Source of the DNA: Candidatus Micrarchaeia archaeon
Lineage (GTDB): Archaea > Micrarchaeota > Micrarchaeia > Burarchaeales > Fermentimicrarchaeaceae
NCBI GenBank assembly: GCA_038871515.1
Contig: JAVZHX010000001.1
Span: 160,001-224,000 of the forward strand
Length of the DNA stretch: 64,000 bases
Reading direction: 5' to 3'
Made by a program: the position numbers and the translations under genes. Positions within the stretch are counted from its first letter, which is position 1. Every line of letters starts with the position of its first letter. Shown in pieces: positions 26,712 through 37,305 of the stretch. Below the pieces are notes generated by a model. It ran no database searches. It was not told the origin of the DNA and saw nothing but the letters and a program-made list of their open reading frames with translations.

Positions 26712-29120
26712 ATGGGATTTTTATGGAGGAGATACGTAGAAGTTCTAGAAAAATCTGGGCTGATTTATGCTCATTGCAACGAAACACTTGATGAACACGG
26801 GGAGAATTGTATCTCCCAACTAAAAAACTTAAAAGAATATTTGGGTAATCTTCCTATCTTAGAATGCTTTGGAGGACGAAAAGATAATTTAACTCTCTTA
26901 GATGACCTAACGTATTTTCATGATCTTGGTAAGGCGGATACTGAATTTCAAAAAAATCTTATAAAAAATTGTAGTGGAGACAAGGTGAATTTACCTCCCC
27001 ACGCAGAAAAAGGATTTTTGAGAATTTCTAAGTATTTATTTAATAAGTGCAAAAAAGATTCTCGAAATGAAATGTTAATACGTGGATTTTTGTTGTCAAC
27101 AATAGTAGATAGACATCACTCCAACCTTAAAGATGTTGATGATTATGAACATTGTTCAGAGGAATTTGGTAAGTATTATCCGAAAGCAATAGAATATCTA
27201 AAAGAACGCTACCCGGGCCTTACTCTTTATTTTTTATACCGGCTTTTTTATTCGTGTCTTAAAACGGCGGATATGCTTGCAACTTCTTTTGGGGGGTCTA
27301 CTGAAAGTTTAGAGAAAACAAGTATAGTTGGCAAGATTAACAAGTACAAAGATAGATTGACGGAGTACATAGAGGCATTAAAAAGTGAGAATAAACCCCT
27401 TACAGGTTATAGAGAAACACTTCGTAGAGAAGCTATAGAAAGAGTTCGCACAATTTTGGAGGAAGCACCACCCAAAAGAATATTGTTTTTGTATCTCCCT
27501 ACTGGAGGAGGGAAAACTTTAACTTCATTGTCAATGGCACTTGAGTTAGCAGAAAAGAAAAATCTCAAAAGGATATTCTACGTGTTTCCCTATATTAATA
27601 TTATAGAACAAAATTCCCAAATTCTTCAGAAAATTTTCGGTGATGACTTAAAAGCGATTCATACCTACGCGGATATAGCAGAAGGGGACCTGGGGGAGGC
27701 AGAAGAAGGAATTAATAACAAACAGTTACTGAACATCGAAACCTTCAATTTTCCAGCTATAACTATGAGTTCTGTTAGATTTTTTGATATTCTTTTTTCG
27801 AATAAAAAAAGCTCAGTAATAAAAACATGGGCGCTTGCAAATTCCGTAGTGATAATAGATGAAGTACAATACTTTCCAAAAAAATATTGGGAAGTAATAA
27901 TAACTACCATGGCGGAATTCGGAGAATTGTTTAATACCTATTTTATACTTATGTCGGCTACCTTGCCTCAACTTGATATTTTTTTGAAAGATAAAGAGAA
28001 GGAGTATGTCGCAAAAGTAATAAAAAGAGAAGATATTCAAAAAGAGATACTACAAAAATTTGAAAATAGAACCCAAATAAAATCATTGGAAACAAGCGAA
28101 AGCTCCGTGGAAGATACTATTTGTGAAAAAGCTAAGGAACTAGCTGAGTCTAACCAAAAAGTACTTGTTGTGGTAAACACTATTAGGGCAAGCAAAAAGA
28201 TTTATGAGATGCTCGGGGAAGAACTTGAAAATATAGAAGTCTGCCTACTGAATAGCAGTCTACTTTATCCACGAAGATTAGAAGTATTGGAAACTTTCGG
28301 TAAGAACTGCGGGAAAAAGATACTTGTCTCAACTCAAGCGATAGAAGCGGGTGTTGATTTAGATTTTGATGTAGGCATCCGGGAAAAAGCTCCGCCCGAG
28401 TCAATCCTGCAGGTGGCGGGTCGCATTAACAGAGAGATTAAACGCGATACGTCAGTTCTTTATGTAACCAAAAAAAGTCAAAGTATCCGCAAGGTTTACA
28501 AAGAATATGATGAATATGAGCGATGGGGAGTTAGCATTAATCTTGATGAGCTTAACATAGGAGACGGCATAGATAGATATCTCAAAAAGCTTGCGGAGGA
28601 ACTGCGGAAAAAAGGAACATCAAGTCCAAAAATGATGGAGGATATGAGAGGATTAAGGTTCGAGGAGGTGGGGAGGGAGAGAATAATAGAGAAAACAGGT
28701 ATGATAGATGTTTTATTTAATGGTGAAGTCAAAATCAAAGATGAATATATTATAGGAAAGCATAGGGTTTGTGTTGGTAAGAAAGTTAAGAAAATTTTGG
28801 AAAGAACGGGATGGGAAGTTTGTGAGTTTCAACAGAATTACTGTATTTTGAACCCTCAGAAATTTGCGGAATATTATTGGGAGTATGCAGAAGGAATAAA
28901 TAATTTAGATTACAAAGGGAAATTTGAGAAATTGGTAGAGATAAGAGAACTTAATTATATTTGGAGGTTGTTTAACTTTTCATTGCGGTATCCGACAGAA
29001 GAAAAGTTAGCGATGTTGAAGAGGGATAAGTATGGAAAAATGTGGGTCAGTAGTCCGTACTATTCTTTTAAAGATGGATTCACGGGAGATGGATTAGTTG
29101 ATGAGTACATATGGGGCTGA
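26712..29120 (+). CDS. cas3: Cas3 HD nuclease-helicase
   Basis: HDLGK, PTGGGKT, DEVQ, MSAT, STQAIEAGVD, QVAGRINR. Confidence 0.95.
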   Translation: MGFLWRRYVEVLEKSGLIYAHCNETLDEHGENCISQLKNLKEYLGNLPILECFGGRKDNLTLLDDLTYFHDLGKADTEFQKNLIKNCSGDKVNLPPHAEKGFLRISKYLFNKCKKDSRNEMLIRGFLLSTIVDRHHSNLKDVDDYEHCSEEFGKYYPKAIEYLKERYPGLTLYFLYRLFYSCLKTADMLATSFGGSTESLEKTSIVGKINKYKDRLTEYIEALKSENKPLTGYRETLRREAIERVRTILEEAPPKRILFLYLPTGGGKTLTSLSMALELAEKKNLKRIFYVFPYINIIEQNSQILQKIFGDDLKAIHTYADIAEGDLGEAEEGINNKQLLNIETFNFPAITMSSVRFFDILFSNKKSSVIKTWALANSVVIIDEVQYFPKKYWEVIITTMAEFGELFNTYFILMSATLPQLDIFLKDKEKEYVAKVIKREDIQKEILQKFENRTQIKSLETSESSVEDTICEKAKELAESNQKVLVVVNTIRASKKIYEMLGEELENIEVCLLNSSLLYPRRLEVLETFGKNCGKKILVSTQAIEAGVDLDFDVGIREKAPPESILQVAGRINREIKRDTSVLYVTKKSQSIRKVYKEYDEYERWGVSINLDELNIGDGIDRYLKKLAEELRKKGTSSPKMMEDMRGLRFEEVGRERIIEKTGMIDVLFNGEVKIKDEYIIGKHRVCVGKKVKKILERTGWEVCEFQQNYCILNPQKFAEYYWEYAEGINNLDYKGKFEKLVEIRELNYIWRLFNFSLRYPTEEKLAMLKRDKYGKMWVSSPYYSFKDGFTGDGLVDEYIWG

Positions 29121-29629
29121 TACCACTTCAACTGGTCGTGACTGGAACCCAAGTTAATTACTTCTACATCTGCCCAGTAAAACTTTGGTGTTTTTCGCAC
29201 CATCTCCAGATGGAGCACCATTCTGAACTTGTAGCGATAGGTAGATTTATTGATGAAGAGAGTTATGCGCGAGAGAAAAAGAATGAATTGGTGGAAGGTG
29301 CAATAATGATAGACTTCATCAAAAAAGGTAACAGTGTAGAGATACACGAAATCAAAAAATCTTTAAAAATGGAGAAGGCACATGAGATGCAAGCTCTTTA
29401 CTATGCATATTTCCTTAAGAAAAGAGGGGTTGAGGATATAAGGGTAATTTTAGATTATCCTTTGCTAAGGGAAAGGAGGGAAAGTATTCTCACGCTAGAG
29501 AAGGAAAAAGAACTTGAATACGCACTTCAAAGAATAGAGGAAGTAGTATCCAAACCCACTCCTCCTGAACCGAAGAGAGTTCCATATTGTAAAAAATGTG
29601 CTTATTATGAATTATGTTGGGGGGATTGA
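29111..29629 (+). CDS. cas4: Cas4
   Basis: YFYICP, IHEIKKS, Q..YY, CKKCAYYELC. Confidence 0.95.
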   Translation: MGLIPLQLVVTGTQVNYFYICPVKLWCFSHHLQMEHHSELVAIGRFIDEESYAREKKNELVEGAIMIDFIKKGNSVEIHEIKKSLKMEKAHEMQALYYAYFLKKRGVEDIRVILDYPLLRERRESILTLEKEKELEYALQRIEEVVSKPTPPEPKRVPYCKKCAYYELCWGD

Positions 29630-30604
29630 ATGAAAAAGAACTTTCACATAGTTTCTGAGGGAATTCTTGAGAGACATGAGAACACCATTTATTTTTTAAA
29701 TAAGGATGGAAAACGTCCATTACCAATCGAGCGCATCTATCAGTTGTACGCTCATGGGCCTCTTACAATAACCTCCGGTGTCGTTCATTACTTTGCACAG
29801 AAAGGAATTCCAATTCACTTTTTCAACTACTATGGTTTCTATGACGGGAGCTTCTACCCAAGAGAAAGTTTGGTATCAGGAGATTTGTTGGTAAAACAGG
29901 TTGAGTATTATCTAAACCAAGAGAAGAGAATGGTGCTGGCTAGAAAGTTTGTTGATGGTGCAATAAGTAATATGGTAAAAACAATTGCTGAATACAAAAT
30001 TGAAGGGAAAAAAGATGAACTTGAAGCACTTAAAAATGAATTGCCCAATGCTAAGTCTGTTACAGATTTGATGAATATTGAGGCAAGGGCTAGAATTTCT
30101 TATTATGGATGTTTTGACTACATTCTAAATGAAGAGTTTAGATTTGAGAAAAGAACCAAGCAACCTCCCCAAAATGAAGTAAACACGCTCATAAGTTTTG
30201 GTAACTCACTTCTTTACACAACTGTCTTAGCTGAGTTATACAACACGCAGTTAAATCCCACCATTTCATACTTACATGAACCATCTGAAAGAAGATTCTC
30301 CTTGTGTCTTGATATAAGTGAAATATTCAAACCGCTTATTGTGGATAGATTGATTTTTTACGTGATTAATAAGAATATTATTCAGAAAAGTGATTTCGCG
30401 GAAGAGTTGAGTGGTTTAATATTAAATGAAAAAGGAAAGAGAACATTTTTGAAGTATTATGAAGAGAAGCTTGAGACAACGATAAAGCACCGCAATCTTA
30501 GGAGGAAAGTTTCTTATCAAAGGCTTATAAGGTTAGAAGCGTATAAACTGATAAAGCATCTTTTGGGTATGAAGGAGTATAACCCATTTGTGATGTGGTG
30601 GTAG
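29630..30604 (+). CDS. cas1: Cas1 (type I-B)
   Basis: FFNYYGFYDGSFYP, NTLISFGN, SYLHEP, LDISEIFKP. Confidence 0.97.
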   Translation: MKKNFHIVSEGILERHENTIYFLNKDGKRPLPIERIYQLYAHGPLTITSGVVHYFAQKGIPIHFFNYYGFYDGSFYPRESLVSGDLLVKQVEYYLNQEKRMVLARKFVDGAISNMVKTIAEYKIEGKKDELEALKNELPNAKSVTDLMNIEARARISYYGCFDYILNEEFRFEKRTKQPPQNEVNTLISFGNSLLYTTVLAELYNTQLNPTISYLHEPSERRFSLCLDISEIFKPLIVDRLIFYVINKNIIQKSDFAEELSGLILNEKGKRTFLKYYEEKLETTIKHRNLRRKVSYQRLIRLEAYKLIKHLLGMKEYNPFVMWW

Positions 30605-30605
30605 A

Positions 30606-30872
30606 GTGTATGTTATAATTGCTTATGATATTAATGTTGAAAGAGTGAATAGAGCGAAAGCATTTCTTAGGATGTATCTTACATGGGTTCAGAATTCGTT
30701 GTTTGAAGGTGAAATCACAGAGAGCGATTATATGGAGATTAAAAAGGGGCTATCTGAAATTATAAAGCTGGAGGAGGATTCAGTAGTTTTTTATCTTTTT
30801 TCAAGCAATAAGTTGTTCACAAGAGAAACGATGGGTAAGAAAAAGGGAGAACCAAAGGAGGTAGTATTATAA
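30606..30872 (+). CDS. cas2: Cas2
   Basis: YVIIAYDI, WVQNSLFEG. Confidence 0.95.
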   Translation: MYVIIAYDINVERVNRAKAFLRMYLTWVQNSLFEGEITESDYMEIKKGLSEIIKLEEDSVVFYLFSSNKLFTRETMGKKKGEPKEVVL

Positions 30873-30973
30873 AATCGCGAATCTAAGGGCAGTTGTGCAT
30901 TATTAATGATTCGCGATGAGAAATATGGAAATTGGGGTATCTTGCTGACGTAGAAAACAGCTGGAATGAGCCT
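30873..30973 (+). promoter_or_regulatory. CRISPR leader with 10-bp inverted repeat
   Basis: Between cas2 and first repeat; ATCGCGAATC 30874-30883 / GATTCGCGAT 30908-30917. Confidence 0.7.
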
Positions 30974-33657
30974 GTTAGAATAAGACTATTGTAGGATTGA
31001 AATCAAAGAAAATAAACGACATTTTAGTTATATTATTTTGGTTAGAATAAGACTATTGTAGGATTGAAATAAATTCAAAGTTTCTGTATCCCATTCATTA
31101 CGAATGGTTAGAATAAGACTATTGTAGGATTGAAATTAGGTTTCAAGCCAGCAACGAGAATAAAAATCAAACGTTAGAATAAGACTATTGTAGGATTGAA
31201 ATGCAGGGGTGTCTCCCCAACCAGTCAGTTTGATGGTGGTTAGAATAAGACTATTGTAGGATTGAAATATTCAAGAGCAAATCAAGCGTGGCAGGGATTG
31301 GATAGTTAGAATAAGACTATTGTAGGATTGAAATCTTCCTCTCCTTCGTTATTGATTACAAGAACCTTATGTTAGAATAAGACTATTGTAGGATTGAAAT
31401 TAGGAGGCAGACTGAAACATACGCAGCTTGCTGTCGCGTTAGAATAAGACTATTGTAGGATTGAAATACTGCAGCAACAGCGCGAGGACAGATTATTTTA
31501 GTTAGTTAGAATAAGACTATTGTAGGATTGAAATAGAGAAACCACTCCCCACAGAGCAAATTCCTGTAAAAGTTAGAATAAGACTATTGTAGGATTGAAA
31601 TCACATTAATAGCAGTGATTCTCATATGGTCGACTTAGTTAGAATAAGACTATTGTAGGATTGAAATTTCTCAACAGAAGGAAGACCTTTAGCTCCTTCT
31701 TTCGGTTAGAATAAGACTATTGTAGGATTGAAATCCTCGTATTGTCATTCATATCGGGGAGAATGGGTATGTTAGAATAAGACTATTGTAGGATTGAAAT
31801 GGGGTCAGAACCAAAAGCGTTGGGAGTTTTCGTGAAAGTTAGAATAAGACTATTGTAGGATTGAAATATATATAGTTTGGAAATTCTAAAATTATTTTAG
31901 AACGTTAGAATAAGACTATTGTAGGATTGAAATTCCGAAGCAAAGTTGAGAATTTTAAAGAACTGTATTGTTAGAATAAGACTATTGTAGGATTGAAATA
32001 AATCTGTTCAAGAAATACCCCAATAACAGCATATCGTTAGAATAAGACTATTGTAGGATTGAAATTGTACAGCGAGCGATGTAAACGGGGAATATTACAT
32101 AGTTAGAATAAGACTATTGTAGGATTGAAATTCAATCTCATACAACTTCTTTCTTGCTATCTCTTCTGGTTAGAATAAGACTATTGTAGGATTGAAATTT
32201 TGATAATGCTTTTGAAATTCTCTTTTGAATTTGGTTAGAATAAGACTATTGTAGGATTGAAATATCTTGCAGACATGACAGACATTAATATCCCTGTCGG
32301 TTAGAATAAGACTATTGTAGGATTGAAATCAATTTCAGCGCGTCAATAATCTCACATGGGATTACGGTTAGAATAAGACTATTGTAGGATTGAAATGCTT
32401 CAGACACTTTACAAGCGACGATTACAAATACAGTTAGAATAAGACTATTGTAGGATTGAAATCAATCTATCATTTTCAAAATTTCAATCTCGTCGTATGG
32501 TTAGAATAAGACTATTGTAGGATTGAAATTTCTATGGTTCAATAATTTTAAGTTCTGCTTTCTGTGTTAGAATAAGACTATTGTAGGATTGAAATGAATT
32601 CTTGTCCTCTAAATCTAAGCCAAAAAGCAAAGGTTAGAATAAGACTATTGTAGGATTGAAATTTATCTCCTCTTCTGAGAATGGCTTATTGAGTTCGGGT
32701 TAGAATAAGACTATTGTAGGATTGAAATTAAAAGGGTTATGTATGAACCTATATATATAGTTTTGTTAGAATAAGACTATTGTAGGATTGAAATATGATG
32801 GCTTTTCCAGTTGTCGCTCCGATTACCTCAAGTTAGAATAAGACTATTGTAGGATTGAAATTAGTCACTACCAGCATTCTCTTACCTCCTTCTCCTTGTT
32901 AGAATAAGACTATTGTAGGATTGAAATTAGTCACTACCAGCATTCTCTTACCTCCTTCTCCTTGTTAGAATAAGACTATTGTAGGATTGAAATTAATCGC
33001 AAACTATCCTAACGCATCTCTGGGAATGAGTTAGAATAAGACTATTGTAGGATTGAAATTCGGAAACTCTTCTTGATGTGGTGCGTTCCTCCAAGGTTAG
33101 AATAAGACTATTGTAGGATTGAAATTAACCCTCTTCCTTTAATTTCTTAACTTTTTCCATATGTTAGAATAAGACTATTGTAGGATTGAAATTTTCCTTT
33201 TTCACCGCTGATTACTATAGTGATATCCGTTAGAATAAGACTATTGTAGGATTGAAATATATGAAGAGAATCAGTATTGCGAAAGCCCAGAACGGTTAGA
33301 ATAAGACTATTGTAGGATTGAAATATTTTCTTTGATGGTTCAACGAAAATCGTAATCATTGTTAGAATAAGACTATTGTAGGATTGAAATAAACATTACA
33401 ATTGTATATTATAACTTTACAGAGTTGGTTAGAATAAGACTATTGTAGGATTGAAATAAAGAATACGAACTTTGTTTTATGCCTGTTTCAATATGTTAGA
33501 ATAAGACTATTGTAGGATTGAAATAACGATGGGATGGTGGCATACGATTACGATAACCACGTTAGAATAAGACTATTGTAGGATTGAAATAAACATTACA
33601 ATTGTATATTATAACTTTACAGAGTTGGTTAGAATAAGACTATTGTAGGATTGAAAT
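30974..33657 (+). CRISPR. CRISPR array, 41 repeats GTTAGAATAAGACTATTGTAGGATTGAAAT (30 bp), 40 spacers of about 34-37 bp
   Basis: Repeats read directly; 3' ATTGAAAT handle implies + strand transcription. Confidence 0.99.
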
Positions 33658-33748
33658 GTGTTCAGAGGAGTTTAAGAATTCTTTTTCACTTATTAATCTA
33701 AAAAGGATAAAAACCAAATAAGGATAACTTAAGCAGGATAGTGATAAA

Positions 33749-34228
33749 ATGCCCTTCACCCCATTCCACCTTGGACCTGCATTGCTTCTCGGCATGTTGT
33801 TGTTCAACTACGTGAGCTTACCTGCACTGATTATCTCCTCAGTGATAACTGACCTGGAACCTCTTGCAGTTCTGCTTCTTGGTTTAAACTACCCCACGCA
33901 TGGCTTCTTCCACTCCCTCCTTGGAGGAACAGCAACAGCACTTTTTCTTTTCTTTATAATGAGCGCAACAGACAAAGAAGTTCAAAAGCTCATGTCACGC
34001 ATTAAACTACAGCAGAAGCACTCAAAAGGAAAAATACTGCTTGGCTGCTTGTTTGGAGTTTATTCACATATCCTTCTTGACTCATCCCTTGGCTATCCAG
34101 ATATAAAACCTCTCTTTCCTTTTGAAGGCAACCCCTTCTCCTCCTTAACCTACTCTGAGGTTTACCTTCTTTGCACACTCTCTTTCTTTCTTGGCTTGGC
34201 TCTGTGTATTGATAAAATAAGAAAGTGA
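33749..34228 (+). CDS. Membrane hydrolase-like protein (DUF4184/YdjM-like)
   Basis: MPFTPFH, DLEP, HGFFHS, SHILLD. Confidence 0.8.
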   Translation: MPFTPFHLGPALLLGMLLFNYVSLPALIISSVITDLEPLAVLLLGLNYPTHGFFHSLLGGTATALFLFFIMSATDKEVQKLMSRIKLQQKHSKGKILLGCLFGVYSHILLDSSLGYPDIKPLFPFEGNPFSSLTYSEVYLLCTLSFFLGLALCIDKIRK

Positions 34229-34229
34229 A

Positions 34230-34385
34230 CTACGCTTTCTTTGCTCTCAGCTCCTTTCTCTTAGGTCTCAAGTGCGGATAATGGCACTTCCTGCACTTCT
34301 CAGCTCCTCTTGGGTTTCTTGCCTTGCACTTCCTGCATATCCATATCTCGCTGAGCTTTGCATCTGCAATTGGGAATTTTCCCAT
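34230..34385 (-). CDS. rpl40e: Ribosomal protein L40e, not in ORF track
   Basis: MGKFPIADAKLSEIWICRKCKARNPRGAEKCRKCHYPHLRPKRKE. Confidence 0.92.
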   Translation of the reverse strand: MGKFPIADAKLSEIWICRKCKARNPRGAEKCRKCHYPHLRPKRKELRAKKA

Positions 34386-34459
34386 AGAAAATCACCTGAA
34401 GTTAGATATTTTTGGAGAAGTAAGTTTAAATTCATATTCTTACATATTTTTAACCCTGA

Positions 34460-34531
34460 GCCCCAGTAGCTCAGTGGTAGAGCGAACGCCTTGTAAGCGT
34501 TAGGTCGCGAGTTCAATCCTCGCCTGGGGCT
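34460..34531 (+). tRNA. tRNA-Thr(TGT)
   Basis: GCCCCAG/CTGGGGC acceptor, AACGC-CTTGTAA-GCGTT anticodon arm. Confidence 0.95.
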
Positions 34532-34572
34532 TGGATGGAGTTATAAAACTGATTGCACAAAAGAGGAGAAAC

Positions 34573-36360
34573 ATGTGTGGTATTTTTGGTATAATCACTC
34601 TGAAGCCAAGAGCAATAGGCAAGGATTTGACTGCTGGAGGAAAAAGGTTAAGTTACAGAGGTTACGACTCGGTTGGCTGCGCCGTTATTTCTGATGGAAA
34701 AATTGACTTAAGAAAAGACGTTGGAAAGATTGATGAGGTAAGCAAAAAATTAAAGTTCAGCGAAATGCGCGGGGACAGAGGAGTAATTCAACTGCGCTGG
34801 GCAACATTTGGCGCACCTTCAAAAACAAACGCTCAGCCACACCTTGACTGCGACGGGGATATGGTGGGAGCGCATAATGGAAACATAGTTAACACCGCGC
34901 AGCTGAGGGAGCAGTTCAGCAAGGAAGGACACATCATAAGGAGCACAAACGATGGGGAGATATGCGTTCACGCAGTTGAGAAGTATTACGACAAAGGATT
35001 TGGGATGGTGGAGAGCATAAGAAAAGCTTATGGTGATTTGAAAGGTGATTATTCATTCATGATATTCAACAATGGAGAGAGAAGATTATATGCTGTGAAG
35101 AAGGGCTCTGGTTTGGTTGTTGGAGTGGGAGAGAATGAAATGTATTGCTCATCTGATTTGCCTTCCCTTCTCCCAATTACAAAGAAGATAATTTTTATGA
35201 ATGATGGGGAGATTGCTTCGCTCTCCCCAAGCGAAGCAAGGTTTTTCAGAATAAGCGATGGGAAAGAAATTCACAAAAGAATAATGTATTATAAGGAGAA
35301 CGCGGAGTATGCAAAGAAAGAGGGGTATAGGCACTTCATGCTGAAGGAGATTCATGAGCAGCCAGTTGCAGCAAAGGAGCTGATTGAGCTGCTTGATGAG
35401 TCAAAGTATGTGGATAAATTTAATGAGATAATTGAACATTCTAAAAAGGTTTTTCTTGTTGGGTGTGGTTCAAGCTACCACGCATGCTTGCTTGGTTCTT
35501 ATTACTTCAGCAACATTGCAAAAAAGTTAGTAATACCGGTGGTTGCTCCCCAGTTTGTAACCCAGTACGGCAACACACTCAGTGAGGAAGACGCTGTGGT
35601 GCTTGTCAGCCAAAGCGGTGAAACAAAGGATGTGATAAATGCGATGGAGTACGCAAAGAGGAAAACAGAGAGAATACTTGGAGTTATGAATGTTATTGGC
35701 TCAACTCTTATGAACTCAAGCAAGGTTTACCTTCCGCTTGCAGCTGGGTATGAGGTAAGCGTCCCTGCAACAAAAACGTTTGTTAATCAGTGTGTTATGT
35801 TTCTTTACCTTGCAAAGAGGATGAATGGTGAATCCTGCGAGGAAATGAAAAAGCTCCCTAAATTGATACAGAGAACATTGGAGTTAAGCAATGGAAGATG
35901 CAGAAAAACAGCAAATTATCTTAAGAAGTGGAATGAGCTTTACTGCTTGGGTTATGGCTCAACGTATGGAGTTGCAAGGGAGGCTGCGTTAAAAATAAAG
36001 GAGATAACCTACTCCCACTGCGAGGGAGTTTACAGCTCCGAGTTCAAGCACGGCCCCCTCTCTGCTGTGAGAAGAGGTTATCCAGTGATATTCATAAGTT
36101 CACCAAAAGATACCGATGTTATGGTGAGCCACATAAATGAGGTCACCTGCAGAGGAGGTAAAGCAATTGCAATAGCTGAGAGAAATGAAAGTATTGTAAA
36201 AAACTCTGATGAGTTGATTGAGGTTCCTCGTTCAAACGATTACTTCTTCCCAATCCTTGCAACAGTTCCAGCACAGCTTGTTGCGTATTACATGAGCGTT
36301 GGAAAAGGGATTAACCCAGATTTTCCAAGGAATTTGAGCAAGACGATTACTGTTGATTGA
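34573..36360 (+). CDS. glmS: Glutamine-fructose-6-phosphate aminotransferase
   Basis: MCGIFG, YRGYDS, HFMLKEIHEQP, SQSGET, EFKHGP, PRNLSKTITVD. Confidence 0.92.
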   Translation: MCGIFGIITLKPRAIGKDLTAGGKRLSYRGYDSVGCAVISDGKIDLRKDVGKIDEVSKKLKFSEMRGDRGVIQLRWATFGAPSKTNAQPHLDCDGDMVGAHNGNIVNTAQLREQFSKEGHIIRSTNDGEICVHAVEKYYDKGFGMVESIRKAYGDLKGDYSFMIFNNGERRLYAVKKGSGLVVGVGENEMYCSSDLPSLLPITKKIIFMNDGEIASLSPSEARFFRISDGKEIHKRIMYYKENAEYAKKEGYRHFMLKEIHEQPVAAKELIELLDESKYVDKFNEIIEHSKKVFLVGCGSSYHACLLGSYYFSNIAKKLVIPVVAPQFVTQYGNTLSEEDAVVLVSQSGETKDVINAMEYAKRKTERILGVMNVIGSTLMNSSKVYLPLAAGYEVSVPATKTFVNQCVMFLYLAKRMNGESCEEMKKLPKLIQRTLELSNGRCRKTANYLKKWNELYCLGYGSTYGVAREAALKIKEITYSHCEGVYSSEFKHGPLSAVRRGYPVIFISSPKDTDVMVSHINEVTCRGGKAIAIAERNESIVKNSDELIEVPRSNDYFFPILATVPAQLVAYYMSVGKGINPDFPRNLSKTITVD

Positions 36361-36407
36361 AAGGTGAGGCTTTTATTGTTATAGATTGAATAATTAAGCG
36401 TGGTTCT

Positions 36408-37292
36408 GTGAGAACAGGAACAAAAATTTTGAAAGAGGGGTTTGCCAGAATGCAGAAGGGAGGAGTGATAATGGATGTTGTCACTCCACAGCAGGCAAGA
36501 ATTGCAGAAAGAGCAGGGGCGGTTGCAGTTATGGCATTGCACGCAGTTCCAGCAGATATACGGGCAAAAGGAGGGGTTGCAAGGATGGCTGACCCTGCTG
36601 TGATAAAAAAAATAATGGATGCAGTTACCATTCCAGTGATGGCAAAGGTGAGGATAGGGCATTTCGCGGAAGCACAGATACTTGAGGCGCTTGGGGTGGA
36701 TATGATTGATGAGTCCGAAGTTCTAACACCTGCTGATGAAATTCATATTGACAAAAGAAAATTCAAAGTTCCATTTGTCTGCGGGGCAAGAAACCTTGGG
36801 GAGGCGCTGAGAAGAATAAATGAGGGGGCAGCGATGATAAGAACAAAGGGTGAGCCAGGCACGGGTGATGTTGCAGAGGCAGTGAGGCATATGAGGATAA
36901 TGAATAAAGAAATTGGCGAGCTTGCTTCTTTGAGGGATGACAGGGAGATGCTGAAAAGAAAAGCTGAGGAGCACGGAGTTCCTTTTGAGCTGGTTGAGAA
37001 AACTGCAAAGCTTGGGAGGCTGCCTGTTGTGAACTTTGCAGCTGGCGGGATTGCAACGCCTGCGGATGCAGCAATGATGATGCAGCTCGGCGCAGATGGA
37101 GTGTTTGTTGGTTCCGGGATATTCAAATCCTCCAGCCCAGAAAAATACGCGAAAGCAATTGTTGAGGCAACAAGAAGCTATGACAAGCCGGAAGTTCTTT
37201 TGGAAGTTTCCAGAGGATTGGGGGAGGCGATGAAGGGGATTGAGGCGAAGAGGCTCTCTGATTCAGAGAGGATGCAAGTGAGGAGCCGCTGA
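36408..37292 (+). CDS. pdxS: Pyridoxal 5'-phosphate synthase lyase subunit
   Basis: [40 protein letters not shown]. Confidence 0.97.
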   Translation: MRTGTKILKEGFARMQKGGVIMDVVTPQQARIAERAGAVAVMALHAVPADIRAKGGVARMADPAVIKKIMDAVTIPVMAKVRIGHFAEAQILEALGVDMIDESEVLTPADEIHIDKRKFKVPFVCGARNLGEALRRINEGAAMIRTKGEPGTGDVAEAVRHMRIMNKEIGELASLRDDREMLKRKAEEHGVPFELVEKTAKLGRLPVVNFAAGGIATPADAAMMMQLGADGVFVGSGIFKSSSPEKYAKAIVEATRSYDKPEVLLEVSRGLGEAMKGIEAKRLSDSERMQVRSR

Positions 37293-37305
37293 TTCTGGTG
37301 TTTTT

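Noticed and set aside
31801..31837. Spacer 13 shares AAAGCGTTGGGA with the integrated element near 6990-7001
   Set aside because: Only about 12 nt match and the flanks disagree; expected by chance
32729..32764. Spacer 27 resembles the element's promoter region (about 3830-3860, minus strand) and overlaps spacer 14 by ATATATAGTTT
   Set aside because: Low-complexity AT-rich similarity with many mismatches; not a credible protospacer
33147..33359. ORF with repeated FQSYNSLILT
   Set aside because: Translation of CRISPR repeats
22400..34460. att duplication of the tRNA-Leu or tRNA-Thr ends around the CRISPR locus
   Set aside because: No repeat of either tRNA end seen and no integrase or Tn7-like genes, so not called a mobile element or CAST
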